Positions 53,662 through 64,000 of a stretch of DNA of 64,000 nt are shown here, in pieces; position 1 is the first letter of the stretch; every line of letters begins with the position of its first letter. This stretch comes from Hemiscyllium ocellatum. Lineage: Eukaryota. Location of the stretch: NCBI RefSeq assembly GCF_020745735.1, contig NC_083443.1, positions 16,171,006 through 16,235,005 on the forward strand. Direction: 5' to 3'. Made by a program: the position numbers and the translations under genes. Below the pieces are notes generated by a model. It made no database searches. It had not been told where the DNA came from and saw only the letters and a program-made list of their open reading frames with translations.

Positions 53662-54248
53662 GAGTCCGATGTACAGCATGGAAATAGACCCTTCGGTCCA
53701 ACTCGTCCATGCTGACCAGATATCTCTTTTGCCCATATCCATGTCAACCCGTCTTATTGATGTACCCATCCAGATCCCTTTTAAATGTTGTAATTGTCCC
53801 AGCCTGCACCACTTCTTCTGGCAGCTTATTCTACACAAGTACTGCCCTCTGAGAAAAGATTGCCCCTTAGATCCCTTTTCTTTCTTTCCCCCCCCCCCCC
53901 CTGAATCTATGTCCTCTATTTCTGGACACCCCCCACCTTAGGGAAAAAACCTTGTCTATTTACCCTATCCATGCCCCTCATGATTTAATAAACCGCTATA
54001 AGGTCATCCCCTCAGCCTCCAAAGCTCCAGGGAAAACAGCTGCAGCCTACTCAGCCTCTCCAGATAGCTCAAACCCTCCAACCCTGGCAATATTCTAGCA
54101 AATCTTTTCTGAACTCTTTCAAGTCTCTCAACTTGCAATAGGTAGGAGACCAGAATTGCACACACATTTCCAAAAATGGCCTAACCAATGTCCTGTATAG
54201 CTGCAACATGACCTCCCAAGTCCTGTACTCCATGCACTAGCCAATAAA
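53662..54248 (-). mobile_element. CR1 3' fragment nested in LINE
   Basis: Reverse-complement ORF2 end and tail. Confidence 0.83.
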
Positions 54249-54454
54249 TGACAATAATTGACTGAGTATGTCTGACTCCAGATGCCAATCAGGGGAAACT
54301 GTGCTGGCTGGAGTAACACTTGCACAAAGGAAGATTTTTTTTGGGTTGTTGGTCAGTCACCTCAACTCCAGAACCTAAATGCAGGCGTTCCTTGGGGCAG
54401 TGTCCTAGGCTGAGCTATCTTCAGTCACTTCTTCAATGACTGTCTCTCCATAAG

Positions 54455-54792
54455 ATTAGATTAGATTACATTACATTACTTACAGTGTGGAAACAGGCCC
54501 TTCGGCCCAACAAGTCCACACCGACCCGCCAAAGCGCAACCCACCCATACCCTTACATTTACCCCTTACCTAACACTACGGGCAATTTAGCATGGCCAAT
54601 TCACCTGACCCGCACATCTTTGGACTGTGGGAGGAAACCGGAGCACCCGGAGGAAACCCACGCAGACACGGGGAGAACGTGCAAACTCCACACAGTCGCC
54701 TGAGTCGGGAATTGAACCTGGGTCTCAGGCGCTGTGAGGCAGCAGTGCTAATCACTGTGCCACCGTGCCGCCCACGCCACTGTGCCGCCCAC
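54455..54792 (-). mobile_element. HE1-like V-SINE, young subfamily, duplicated 5' end
   Basis: Short TSD-like ccataag on both sides; near-identical inverse of the copy at 50613. Confidence 0.9.
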
Positions 54793-54900
54793 AATGACCC
54801 ATAAGGTCATTTTATTGCACTGGTGCTGAACATCGTGCAATCGTCACACGCAACTCTTCAGGTAATGAAGCAGCTTACGCTCAAATGCAAAAAGACCAGG

Positions 54901-55515
54901 TATCACAAAGCTAGTCCCTTTCTTTTCTGAAAGCTGTCCCATGGCTCAAGGGTACCGTGTCCTTTACTTTTTTCAGAGGGGTAATAAACCAGGCCAGGCT
55001 CCGATCAGTCTGGTTTGGTCCAGAGAAGAAAATGATTTTGTTTATATGTAAACAAATAAGACTTCAGGCCAAAGTGGTCATGTTTTAGAACTGACCTGCC
55101 TAATGAAGGGGGAGCGTTCAGCTCTAGCTGAGCTGAGCAGTTTTACTTCAGTCTTGAACTGGTTGGAAATTCAACAGGGAGCTGTGTGGAAACTGTCGTT
55201 TCTGTCCTTCAACCTGTAAGCATGTGTTCCATTTATACCAGTTTTTAAAGGGAGTTTGCTTATTGGGACGGTTGTGTATATTCAGAACGGCATAATTAAG
55301 TCGAGTTAGGTTGAGTTCTGTAGGATTCTTTATCCTGTTCATTGTTTCATTGTGTAATTTTGTGAACAAACATGTCTTTTTTTAAAATCTAGATTTCAAC
55401 CTAGCTAACTTAATCTGGGTCATTTTCACTGTACGCTTACTGAAACAAATTGCAAAATTATGGTCTGAGCTGCCTGCTTAAGAATGTTTTGGGTGGTCTG
55501 GCTGAGTCCATAACA
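54901..55515 (+). mobile_element. Probable Gypsy-type solo LTR inserted in a LINE
   Basis: Ends T(a)TCAC...CCATAACA; near-TSD cagg/ctgg. Host LINE peptide QKDL...W resumes across the insertion. Confidence 0.65.
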
Positions 55516-56427
55516 CTGGGCAGCTTCCAAGTTTGGGGACAATAAGTGGCCAATAGTACACTCCCCATACATGCGCCATCTCCAACGAGCGATTTTAACC
55601 AACACCCTTTAACAATCACTTGTGTTACCTTTGAAATCCCCACAATCGACATCCTGGGGGTTATCACTGACCAGAAGCTGAACTGGACTGGCCATAAAAT
55701 TACTGTGGCTACGAGATCAAGTCAGAGACTAGGAATCCTGCAGCGATTAATTCAACATCCGACTCTGTCCAAAGTCCACTACCTAGAAGGCATAAGGCAG
55801 TAGTGTGATGCCTGGATGAGTGCAGCTCAACAATTGGCAAAAGCTTCCCACCAGCTGGGGCAAAGCAGTCCACTTGATTCGAACCTGCAATAGAGTTAGG
55901 GTTAAACATTCACCCCCTTCGCCACTGATGGTCAGTAGCAGCAGTGTGTGCTGTCTACGAGATGAACTGAGAAATTCACAGCACCTTCCAAATCCATGTC
56001 ATTCTAGATGGACATGGTCAAAGGCAGCAGCTACATGGGACTACCACCACCTGAAACCTTCCCTCCAAGCCCCACACCATCCTGACTTGGAAATATATCG
56101 CTGCTCCTTCAGTGCCAATGGGTCAAAATCCTGGACTTCCTTCCCTCCATAATGGCACAGTGGGTGTCCTTAATACCAAATGGGCAAGAGCAGTTCAAGA
56201 ATTCAGCCCTCCACCATCTCCCCAAGGGCACTTAGGAATGAGCAATAATTGCTGGCCCAGTCAGTGACATCCACATCTCGGGAATTAATGCATAACAAAG
56301 TGTTTTTGCTCATTAAGCTATGCAGGTGGCAATAATTTAATATTAAATAAAGCAAAATGTTCAAGCTTTCTGATGCATTTTTTTTGACAATCCATGCATA
56401 ATTGTGTTTGTTTCTTCCCATGAATAA

Positions 56428-56622
<195 letters not shown>

Positions 56623-57169
56623 TAGTGCTAAATTTTAAGTTAGCCGCTTAAGCTCACCCGAAAAGCGGTCATTGACAAAATAACTGTGGATGTTATTTGG
56701 TTGCGGAAAAGCGTGTTGAAAAGGCATGTTGCTAATATTGCAAAGCCAATGGATTGCCAATATTTTCCCTCTCTCTCTCCCTTCCCTGGGCTAGGTGGAG
56801 CAGGGGTGGTACATATAGGACAAATGGATGATGTATTTTGACACCTAAAAGTAGTTTTGTGCTGCAGTTTTGAGTTATTTGCCAATAATGTTGCAAGAAC
56901 GAGAGGATCACGTCGTAGCTGCTCTCCTCGTAAAGAAGTCTCGCCATTAAAAATGTCAATCAAACCGGAGAGAAAAATAAAGATGTCTGATAAATGAATG
57001 GTTTTTATATAGATCATGGTGTTGCCCACTACAGGTTTATTGGAATGCAGACCTGAAGGAATAAATTGATTTCCACTTTTTCTTTCAAGACAGTGTTCAG
57101 TGCCCAGAAGTTGAATTGAAATATGACTCCAGTTTTCAAACCATAAAACCATTGTGAAGTTAAAGAAAG

Positions 57170-58280
57170 AGGCCTGTCAGCCCATCATGTCTATGCCAGC
57201 TGCTCATTTCAATCCCACTTAGTCCCTAACTTTGCAGGTTATGATGCTGCCAGTGCAGATCCTTATTGCTTTTAAATGGGGGTTTCACCTAAACTCCCAA
57301 ACCAGGTGAGCAATTCCAGACAGTTGCCATGTCTCTCATACTCTTCCCTATAGTTATCATTAAATCTATGCACCCCCCCCCCCCCAAAAGAAACAAACAC
57401 AACTCAGTAAGGGAAACAGGTTTTTGCTGTCTATTCTAACCAAGTTGCTTATTATTTTGTACTTCTGAATTAAGTTACCCCTCAGTCTCCTTTTCTCTGG
57501 AAAACAACCCGAGTCTCCCCAATCTTTGCCCACTTCTGCAATTTTCAAATCATGGAAAAAGTCCAGTAAATCTTCTGTGAATCTCTCTAGAATGGCTATA
57601 ACCTTCCTGAAATGTGGTGACCAGACCGGTCTATAGGATTCCAGCTTTGGCCTAGTCAGTATATTTTACAGGACCAGCATTTCATCTTTGTACTTGTATT
57701 ATATCTCACCTGATAACAGAAAGCATCCCATGTGTGACTATTTACCACCTTATCTATGGTCTTGGCGCATTTTGAGACCTGTGGGTGAGCACTCAAAGTC
57801 TGTCATCATTTCTACACCTCTGAATATCCTTCTGTTTATTGTATATATCCTTGCTCTGTTTGCCCTCCCCAAGTGCATAACCTCTCCTGTCCGGGTTGGA
57901 TTTTACTTGACACTCAACCAAACCACTACCTGTCTGCAGTCAACAGCTATCCTCTTCGTGATCAGCCACCCAGCCAATTTTGTTGTCCTCTGCAAATTTC
58001 CCAGTCATTTTGCCCACATTGCATCAAAATCTTTGATGAACCTGCAAGCAACAGGCGATCCCAAACTGAGCCCTATGGAACATCACTGGAAGCCGCTTTC
58101 CATTTGCAAAAACATCCATCAACTGCTGCCCTTTGTTTCCTGCCATTGACCCAACTTTGGATCCAACTTGCCACATTTCCCTGTTTTCCAGGAGCTTTAT
58201 TTCTTTCTTAACAGTTTGCCGTGTTGGACCTTGTCAAATGCCTTACCAACATCCATTATACTCTAAGCATCACTACACCC
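57170..58280 (-). mobile_element. Old CR1 fragment; further old CR1 pieces at 58290-58485 (+), 58850-59140 (+), 62290-62650 (-) and 63830-64000 (-)
   Basis: KRRLRGNLIQKYKII (ORF 57366..57548) and decayed RT motifs. Confidence 0.68.
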
Positions 58281-58485
58281 TATAACTTGTTCAAGGTGAG
58301 GGCCAAGGGGTTTCGGAGGATGTGAGGAAATTTGAGGGTGGAGACAGTCTGAAATGCGCTGCCCTGGAGGGTGGTAGAGGCAAGTTGTCTTGCATCCTTT
58401 TAAAAAAAAGTACCTGAATGAGCACTTGGCTTGTCATCACATTCAAGGCTGTGGGCCACCTGCTGGTAAATGGGATTAGGTCGAA

Positions 58486-58615
58486 GGTCAAAGTGAGGTC
58501 TGCAGCTGCTGGAGACCAGAGTCGAGAGTGTGGTGCTGGAAAAGCACCGCAGGTCAGGCAGCATCCGAGGAGCAGGAGAATTGCCGTTGCGGGCTAGAGT
58601 CCTTCATCAGGAATA
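58486..58615 (-). mobile_element. Single-arm PLE tail (family A)
   Basis: Same arm sequence as 15083 and 18477; ends about 4 nt beyond the minus-strand CTGATGA. Confidence 0.75.
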
Positions 58616-61181
58616 ATTCCAATTGCAGTGTTGGTTTTTGTATTTGCCCACTATTGAGATCAGACTGACCACACTATAAGTATTTGGACTAGCCTTTGTA
58701 TCCTTTTTTGGATAACATTTGCAGACCTCCGGTATCTTTTCTGTGTCTGGTAGGCATTGGTTAATTACCCTCAGATGATCTGCTATTTCCTCCTGGCCTG
58801 GTAGAGGACTACGAACCTGAATGGCATAGATTGGGGGGAGTGGGGGTGGTTAGTCAGAGGCTATTTCCCAGCCTGGAAAGGACAGCTGTATCGGGAGCCG
58901 GTTCAATTTGAGAGCGGGTACATTTTAGGGAGGGATGCATGGAAAATGTTTCTCTCAAAGGGTGGTGGGTGTCTGGAATATACTGCCAGTGGAGTTGGTA
59001 GAAGCAGGCACATTAGCAACCTTGAGGGTATATCTTGATACACGTGAACAGGAGGTGAATGGTGGGATAGAAACCATGTGTGTGCAAAATGTAGCGGATC
59101 TAAAGGATTAGGCATCATTGCAGACTTGGTGAATTGTATTGTCCTAAGAGCTTGAGTTACAAATTAATCCAACCATTGTAACTTGTCCACCTTTGAGAGA
59201 CAGTTCCTCCAGCCCCTTTCTACTCCATGTGCTTTGTTTTATCTAATATTTCACACTCTAACTAGGCCATCTCCATTGTAAAGACAGGGACAAATCTAAT
59301 CATTTAGAACCTTACCCATATCTCCTATATTCAAGCACCATACATATCTCCGGCCCAAACCTTTCCTTAATCAGTATCTTTGGGCCAGACTGGTTTTAAG
59401 TTGGGACAATGACACTGAAGCAGTTTAAAAAGCTACAGATATTCTCGCCTCAGAATTCTTAACCTGCATTGGAAGCTCATTTTTATGCTCATGTTGTTTT
59501 TTAATCTGTTTAAAATTCAGCTGTTGAATAAGTTTTTAATTGCAGTGTTACTGAATTAATGTTGCCCTGAACTTCCTCTCCCTATTTCCAAATAAAAAGG
59601 CTTCAAGTTTGATTGCAGGCAATCTAAAATGCAGGGCAATGGAAGTACAACTTCCATTCTCCCTGGAGTTATTTTAAGGGAGCCCATAACATTGACAGGT
59701 TCTCTGATTTTAAATTAATAGATTATTAACAAGACAGATCTTTATTGTCAGTAAGACAGGAGTGTGTGCTGTGTGTGTTTGATTGAAGCACATGTCTTTG
59801 CACTGCAGTTAATGTTGAAGTCCATGTGGGATAAAGTGATGTAATGCATGTTTATGACAGCTACTTGAGACTTCTCTGCTGAAGTATAATTAATGCCTGT
59901 TGGTTCAGTAATAACTCAACTTGAGGTTTGCTGATAGACAAAAATAGTCTGGACCACTTTGGTTTTCTGAGCAATAAAATGGGTTGATGGTGTATGAACT
60001 TAGTTCTGCTGAAGGGGAAGAAAAATCCATGCTTAAAGCAATATATTAAGTCGAAGCACTCACAATGCTTTCTGTTCATTTTACCTTTACCATCACCCCT
60101 CAAATTATTTGATCATTTGTAGAATGTTCACTTTCAGAGTGGAGGCCTTTCGACTGTTGTGCACTGTGCAGAGTAAAAATCTATTTAACCTGTCAGATAC
60201 TGGAGAGTGCCTTTTTCCTTGAGGGTTGGAAAATAAACTAAGACTTTTTTCTATTGAGGAATGGTGCTGCATGGCTGTCTCTCAACTGGACAGAGTGCAC
60301 ACTCGCCATTGAATTGGGGTGATGACAGCTCACCAATAATGACTGATTAGATTACACCTATTTATTCTCTGAAAGGGAAAATGATTGAAAGCTTTCTTTT
60401 CTGAGACTTTCATTTCTATCTGCAATGTCAACGAAGTTTTAACAGTGTCCTCACTCTATTTTATGATCCTTGTAATGCTGTCGTCTAGATCCTATTGTTC
60501 AGTCATGAAAGCTTTGTATCACTGTAGCTCCCTCATGAGGATCGCTAGAGTTGACCTCTGTTTAAATGCCAGCAGGAACTACTGCACTGTGGTACCCATT
60601 GTGGCATTTCTGTCTTTGCTCCAGTGCTCTAATTGATGGTTGTCAAAAGTGAGTTCAAAATTAAAACATGACCTGGTGTCATCACGGGCAAGATGACCAA
60701 GATTCCTTTACCTGTGCAAACTGATTTTTAAAACATCTTACAAAGCATTGTGGTGTTTGTCATTCATCAAAGCAGTCAGTCTTCAACACAAGTTAAAGAT
60801 CAAGACCGTCGCTTCATAGATGTATTTGTCCCTCTTCCTCCCTTCCAAAGCTGCCAGTGCATTATTGTTTATCCTTAAATTATCTATGCACAATTAATTA
60901 TTGCAGTAGATGTCAGATTTTATAACTGCCATTAGCTTTCGCGATCTGCAATAACTCGTCATTCAAGTACGAATTAGATTCATGATTCATTTGATTGAGT
61001 CTGGCTAATTTGAGTAGAACTAATGTTTTCTTCCAACTTTTCCTGAATGTTTCAGTAAGTCTTTGCTGTACATTATCGCTGTGATTGCAGCATTTTGTCT
61101 TTTTTTTAATAAAATAAAAGCTGGCTGCAACTATTGATCTGAAAACTTACCTAAAAATGTGTAGCTTAAAGATCTGTGCCA

Positions 61182-61460
61182 CCGTGGTTAGCACTGCTGC
61201 CTCAGCGCCAGAGACCCGGGTTCAATTCCCGACTCAGGTGACTGACTGTGGAGTTTGCACATTCTCCCCGTGTCTGTGTGGGTTTCCTCCGGGTGCTCCG
61301 GTTTCCTCCCACAGTCCAAAGATGTGCAGGTTAGGTGAATTGGCCATGCTAAGTTCCCCGTAGTGTGAGGTGAAGGGGTAAAGGTAGGGATATAGGTGGG
61401 CCGCGCTTCAGCGGGTCAGTGTGGACTTGGGCCGGAGGGCCTGTTTCCACACTGTAAGTT
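61182..61460 (+). mobile_element. HE1-like V-SINE
   Basis: Head, V-domain and tail. Confidence 0.86.
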
Positions 61461-61809
61461 ATCTATATCCCTGACCAGATAAGCATAAACCCCTTCTACG
61501 ATAGCAGAAGGAGCTGTAACAGCACTGCCATTGTAAGCACACAGTGTCAACCAGTTGTCAGAATTATATTCTGCTGAGAATGGACAATCATTTTTATCTG
61601 TTAATCCTAACATTTTTGCTTGAAAGTGCACCATTCTTTAGGGAGAGCTCCTTTGCCTATTATAAATATGCATCATATGGCTTTGCAGTACCGCATGAGA
61701 CTAAAGTCAACATATTTTCTACTACTGTTACAAAATGTTTCTATCCTCTACTAAGAAAAGGGAGTACAGCTCCAGTTTCCTTTTCTGACTACCAATTAAT
61801 AGTTATCCA

Positions 61810-62205
61810 CTAATCCCCTCCTGTAAGTGTATCTATTGCCAAAACGAACCACACCCAAATTGAAGAAACAACATCTCATCTTCTGCCTGAACAGCCTGTA
61901 GCCCGGAGGACTTAACATTGAGTTCTCCAATTTCAAATAACCTCCCTCCTTCCCATTCCCCAAATCCTTTCCCACCCCTTCCCCCACATTTTCACTCCTT
62001 CCTGCCAACAGAATTCATTCCTCCTATCGACCAATCAGGTGGGTATCGTCTACCTGTCTTCACCTGCCCCATCCCAACCCCTTTTATTTGCAGCTGTCCC
62101 CACACCCACCCCCAGCCCTGAATAAAGGTTAGACCTGAAACGTTGACTTCTCCACTTCCTGATGCTGCCTAGCTTGCTGTGTTCTTCCAGCCTCCTGCCT
62201 GTCCA
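61810..62205 (+). mobile_element. PLE 3' fragment (family A-related)
   Basis: ORF-end peptide KQHLIFCLNSL.PGGLNIEFSNF, C-rich 3' UTR, decayed hammerhead at about 62118-62144. Confidence 0.7.
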
Positions 62206-62771
62206 TGATTGTTTATCTGCAATTAGTAGCCTTCACTTTGAGATAGAGGACCATTTGGCTGAAATGCCCAGAAAAAAAAATCCATTTTGTGTTTAGAGGG
62301 GAGGCATCTTATTCTTAAACTTCTGTCCCTTAGTGTTAACCTCCCCAACATGAGGATAATACATCCTGTGTGGTACCATAATAAGATGATTTCTCATTCT
62401 TCTAAATTCCAACTGATTCAAGACCCAAAATATTCAACTTTCATTTAATAAAATAATCCTTTCATCTCAGGAATAAGTTAAGTGAACCACCTGAGCTGCT
62501 TCTAAAGCAGTTATTTGGGTTTTTTGTAAATCAGGGGACCAAGCCTTAACACAGTACTCCAGGTATGGACCAATACCCTATTCAGATTATTAAAGCTTCC
62601 CTACTTTTGTGTCCTATTCCCTTTCCAATAGACATTGATCTTACACATTGCTGTTCCTACATATAGAATTACAGAAATTAGGAGTGTGAAAAAGCAGTAC
62701 AGCCTCTGTACCCCACTCTGGCATTTAAGATGATCCAAGCTCCTGCCTGCTCCCCAAAGACCTTTTATTCT

Positions 62772-63488
62772 TCAAAGTTTGGGAGAGGATTTGTAGCTCG
62801 GGTGCTCGTTGTTGTGGTTTTGTTCGCCGAGCTGGGAATTTGTGTTGCAAACGTTTCGTCCCTGTCTAGGTGACATCCTCAGTGCATGGGAGCCTTCTGT
62901 GAAGCGCTTCTGTGATGTTTCCTCCGGCATTTATAGTGATTTGTCTCTGCCGCTTCTGGTTGTCAGTTCCAGCTGTCCGCTGCAGTGGCCAGTATATTGG
63001 GTCCAGGTCGATGTGTTTGTTGATAGAATCTGTGGATGAGTGCCATGCCTCTAGGAATTTCCTGGCTGTTCTCTGTTTGACCTGCCCTATAATAGTAGTG
63101 TTGTCCCAGTCGAATTCATGTTGCTTGTCATCTGCGTGTGTGGCTACTAAGGATAGCTGGTCGTGTCGTTTCGTGGCTAGTTGGTGTTCATGGATGCGGA
63201 TCGTTAGCTGTCTTCCTGTTTGTGCTATGTAGTGTTTTGTGCAGTCCTTGCATGGGATTTTATACACTACGTTGGTTTTGCTCATGCTGGGTATCGGGTC
63301 CTTCGTTCTGCTTAGTTGTTGTCTGAGAGTGGCTGTTGGTTTGGGTGCTGTTATGAATCCTAGTGGTCGCAGTAGCCTGGCTGTCAGTTCGGAAACGCTC
63401 CTGATGTATGGTAGTGTGACTAGTCCTTTGGGTTGCGGCATGTCCTCGTTCCGTTGTCTTTCCCTTAGGCATCTGTTGATGAAATTGC
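62772..63488 (-). mobile_element. Penelope-like element 3' part (family E) with GIY-YIG endonuclease remnant and hammerhead
   Basis: ORF 62866..63441 contains NVVYKIPCKDCTKHYIAQTGRQLTIRIHEH. Minus-strand hammerhead at 62846-62886 (TGCA-CTGAGGA...GAAAC-GTT-TGCA). TSD ccttttattct at 62761-62771 and 63489-63499. Confidence 0.9.
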
Positions 63489-63542
63489 CCTTTTATTCTG
63501 CTTTTCAGTAGAATCATATGTTTTTCCTTTTCTTGAATCTAA

Positions 63543-63795
63543 TTAGATTAGATTTCCTACAGTGTGGAAACAGGCCCTTCGGCCCAACTAGTCCATACTG
63601 ACCTTCCGAAGAGTAACCCACCCAGACCCATCTCCCTCTGACAAATGCACCTAACACTACAGGCAATTTAGCGTGGCCAATTCACCTGACCGGCGCATCT
63701 TTTGGACTGTGGAAGGAAACCAGAGCAACCGGAGGGAACCCATGCAGACACACGGAGAATGTGCAAACTCCACAGTCACCTGAGGCTGGAATTGA
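63543..63795 (-). mobile_element. HE1-like V-SINE, 5'-truncated
   Basis: Tail and V-domain. Confidence 0.82.
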
Positions 63796-64000
63796 TGATT
63801 GGAGCTCACTGCTCCAGACTGCAGTGGAGGTAGAATCGAAGATTCACAACCCCCTCAGAAGTAGTTTCTCCTCAGCTCTGTTTTGAACCGACCTCCTCCC
63901 ACTCGATATCTGTGACCTCTCGTTAGAGACTGCCCCACAACAGGGAACATCTGTTCAACATCCACTTTGTCAGTCCCCATTGTGATTTTATATACCTCGA

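Larger units (their letters stand above)
52950..56290 (+). mobile_element. Decayed CR1/L2-group LINE (second family), interrupted by CR1, HE1 SINE and LTR
   Basis: RT remnants (GVP.GSVLG, ILGVITDQKLNWTGH). 3' tail ccaccatctccccaagggcacttaggaatgagcaataattgctggcc. Confidence 0.75.

Noticed and set aside
56640-57152. 170-aa antisense ORF
   Set aside because: No recognisable homology; starts at a non-ATG codon; composition looks like intron.

Overview
This is eukaryotic genomic DNA from a cartilaginous fish (shark or ray), inferred from its HE1/V-SINE and CR1/HER1-type repeats. The only cellular protein gene I can support is the 5' half of a JNK gene on the + strand, best matching MAPK8/JNK1. 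Four coding exons (40570-40691, 47667-47796, 52810-52868, 56442-56580; 122+130+59+139 nt = 150 codons) run from the start Met to the HR of the HRD motif. The promoter/first exon and the remaining exons were not found, so most of the window is probably intron. An intronic, probably defective tRNA-Leu(AAG) lies at 50337-50418. The rest is dense with retroelements: about 14 HE1-like SINEs, about 20 CR1 fragments, a second LINE with its partner SINE, a Rex1/Babar tail, an L1/Tx1 3' end, a Deu-domain SINE and two probable solo LTRs. The most striking signal is about 20 Penelope-like (PLE) remnants from five sequence families. Many are tiny tail-to-tail palindromes with 9-17 bp target-site duplications. 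Each family carries a minimal hammerhead-ribozyme core (CUGANGA...GAAA) whose helices I, II and III covary between families. Repeat boundaries were read by eye and are approximate; family names come from recognition, not a database search.
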